This document shows, one piece after another, positions 61,580 to 64,000 of a stretch of DNA of 64,000 nt. Each line of letters begins with the position of its first letter. Within the stretch, counting starts at the first letter, position 1. The DNA is from Paraspadella gotoi (taxonomy: Eukaryota; Animalia; Chaetognatha). The translations under genes were made by a program, and so were the position numbers. A model generated the notes under the pieces. That model was not told the DNA's origin. It saw only the letters and a list, made by a program, of their open reading frames with translations, and ran no database searches. The stretch is from NCBI GenBank assembly GCA_051294375.1, contig CM119263.1, positions 20,798,115 to 20,862,114 on the forward strand, in the 5' to 3' direction.

Positions 61580-64000
61580 GTGGATGGAAAGGAAGGGAGG
61601 AAAGAAAATCATAAAGAAAGATTGAGATGAAGGGAAGAGGAATGGAGAGAATAAAGTTATGGAGGGGAGGAGGATTAGGTAATATTTAAACCAGTACAAT
61701 GCGTCATGTATTTCTCAAAAATTTCTGGAATTGGGGGAAAGCAAAGGAAGAAAAAAAGGGGAGAAAGTAAAAGAATTAGGAGCCGACGTCGTTTTTAGAG
61801 ATCAAGGAAGATATTTTCAATGGAGATTTTCGTTCAAACTACCAAACAATATAAACGTTCCTGGGAAAATTCCGGTAAAAAATCGATGTAAAAAAACTTG
61901 ATTCTGATCCTGTTGTATCTGAAGGGCTCGCATTTTTCTTTCTCTTGTCAAATCATCATCACCTTTGATATCAAACAAGCCAGAACAAATAGACTGCTTC
62001 TGGATGGAAAAATTTTTTATCTCTGATTTTATATAGAAATAAAAAGGGATTTTTTTCCCTGAAAATGATATAAACGTCACTGAGGTATGTTCCTGTTCAA
62101 AAAATGACATCAAATTTTGGAATCCTTTGGCAAAGTGTCTGAAGGGCTCTCAAAATTTTTTTTTACATTTGTTTGGTTTATTTTGATATGATACATCATG
62201 GGAAAGTGAATTAGTCCATTTTTGGTAAAAATTTTATTTTAAAGTAAAAGGCAGTGATTTCTATTTGGGTATTTTCAACAATAAAATTGAAACTTATATA
62301 ACTATTATTAGATACCTCACTCGAGAGCCAATATTAGTTTATTTTTTATATATTTTTATGCCGGTCCTGGAGGATGATATCAATATTCACTTGCAAAAAA
62401 CCGTTTTTAAATTCCTACAATGGTTTCCGAGATATAGTCTAAAACGTCAGCCTTGAAAGGCAAAATTTGTCAGAATAAAATTTTCGAGTTTCTTCTTAGA
62501 TTTCTGACGCGCTAGCACAAACTATTTAAAAAAAAGAGAAAACGTTTTGCTGATTTCTTCCAGCATAATCCATAAATGTGTAAGACGATGGGTACACCTG
62601 AAAGTGATATGTCTCTAGATTACGGAAAATTTTTCTTTAGGTTTTATTTTAAAATTTAGGTATTGTACCAATAGGATAAATTAAGATACTCCCGCTTTGC
62701 CGAAATTTTTATTTAACAAAGATTTGTACTGGGTAGTTCAAATCCTTAGTTCTCTAACTGTAAAAAAAGTTATTTTCTTGAATAACTTTGGAAAGAAAAG
62801 AGGTAGGAATGTGGGTGAGGTATCAATCATGGGACACCTCTCTAAAATAGTTTTATTAAATTTTATCCACAAATCTTTACACAGCTTTTATTTAAATCGG
62901 AGTTAAAAATATAACAGTTTTTTGCAATAAAAATTTCAATGAAGGCATGTGAAATTTTTTTTCTTCTTTCCTAATTTGATAAAGGAAAGACTAAATTACA
63001 TTTTGATTACCATTAAATTTCTCTACACTATAAATTTGCTTGTATTTTTTAGTTAAAGTAAAAAAAAAGCAAAAATTTATGAAGTAGCTGGATAAAATGT
63101 TTTTTTAAATATGAAAAATGATAAATACAAAAATATTTTCAGATTGATATAAACAGTCTGGACGTCTACCTTCTTGTCTGTGAAAAAAAAATTGTCATTT
63201 TTCATTATCTTCAACTGCAAACAAAAAGCTTGACACACTGCTTGTTTATCATAATAAAATTTTAAAAAATTACATAGCTGGCGACATATTTGACAAAGCA
63301 AGACATCATTGTGTTTATTTGTTTTGATAATTTTCTTTTAAATAGAACAACCTTTATACAAGGAATTTAATTCTATTACTTATCATCCGTTTTAATTAAG
63401 AAAAAAAATTTCGCGGAATAGCCCATTGGAAAGGGTTCATTGACTGACTTAATGATCGAATTTTTTAGGTTTCTTTACTGCCCCCATTTCACAAGATTGA
63501 TTATCATGTCAGTATTTCCAGATTATCTGTACCCTTTCTGCAACCTGCATTCTGAATTTTCTTTTTTTCCCTTTCAAATGTATTTAAATAAAAAAAATTA
63601 TTTGAGAGAACGATCGGCATGGAGGATGCCATTGGTAAGCCTTAGTTACCCCACTGCCCGATCGAATTTTTAAACAAGGTTTTTTTAAAATCTATTCGAG
63701 ACATAACACTAACTATTGGTACTATTATTTTTTTTATTTTTTTATGAAATTTTGCGTAATCAGAGAAACGTTTTGCGTGTCAAAAAAATATGGAAAAAAA
63801 AAGAGAAAAACGTTCTGACAAATTTAAAAATTTATGGAGGAATCTACTATTATTTCTTTTTTTTCAACTGATTAATATAAAAAACGGTTGGCTATAGTTA
63901 TTTTCTCCTTATAACATCGAACTCACTGGGTGAAATTTTATGCTTTCAAAATACGGTAAGAAAAATTTCTTTTACTTAATCATTCTTAATTAATGGTATC

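Overview
This is AT-rich, repeat-dense eukaryotic DNA, most likely from an invertebrate animal, with one 100-N gap. The standout feature is a complete 3.2-kb LTR element (24405-27596) with two ~360-bp LTRs, an ATAT target-site duplication, a 30-nt tRNA-Leu primer-binding site and a G-rich PPT. It encodes no Gag or Pol. Its only gene is an intact 627-aa glycoprotein resembling chuvirus-type class III fusogens, with an extra ~60-aa six-cysteine insert. A second system is a family of ORF-less fold-back retroelements with Penelope-like architecture (inverted arms, one-sided tail, ~12-bp TSDs), each arm carrying a minimal hammerhead ribozyme motif. The window also holds a spliced minus-strand host gene (~57873-41131) encoding ~110-aa LRR-like repeats, with two apparent GC-AG introns. 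Other elements are a decayed hATm-like transposase, hAT, MULE-like and P-like non-autonomous DNA transposons, Helentron-like elements, tRNA-derived SINEs with a covarying structured core, and several mini- and microsatellites. Family assignments rest on motif recognition by eye; no searches were run.
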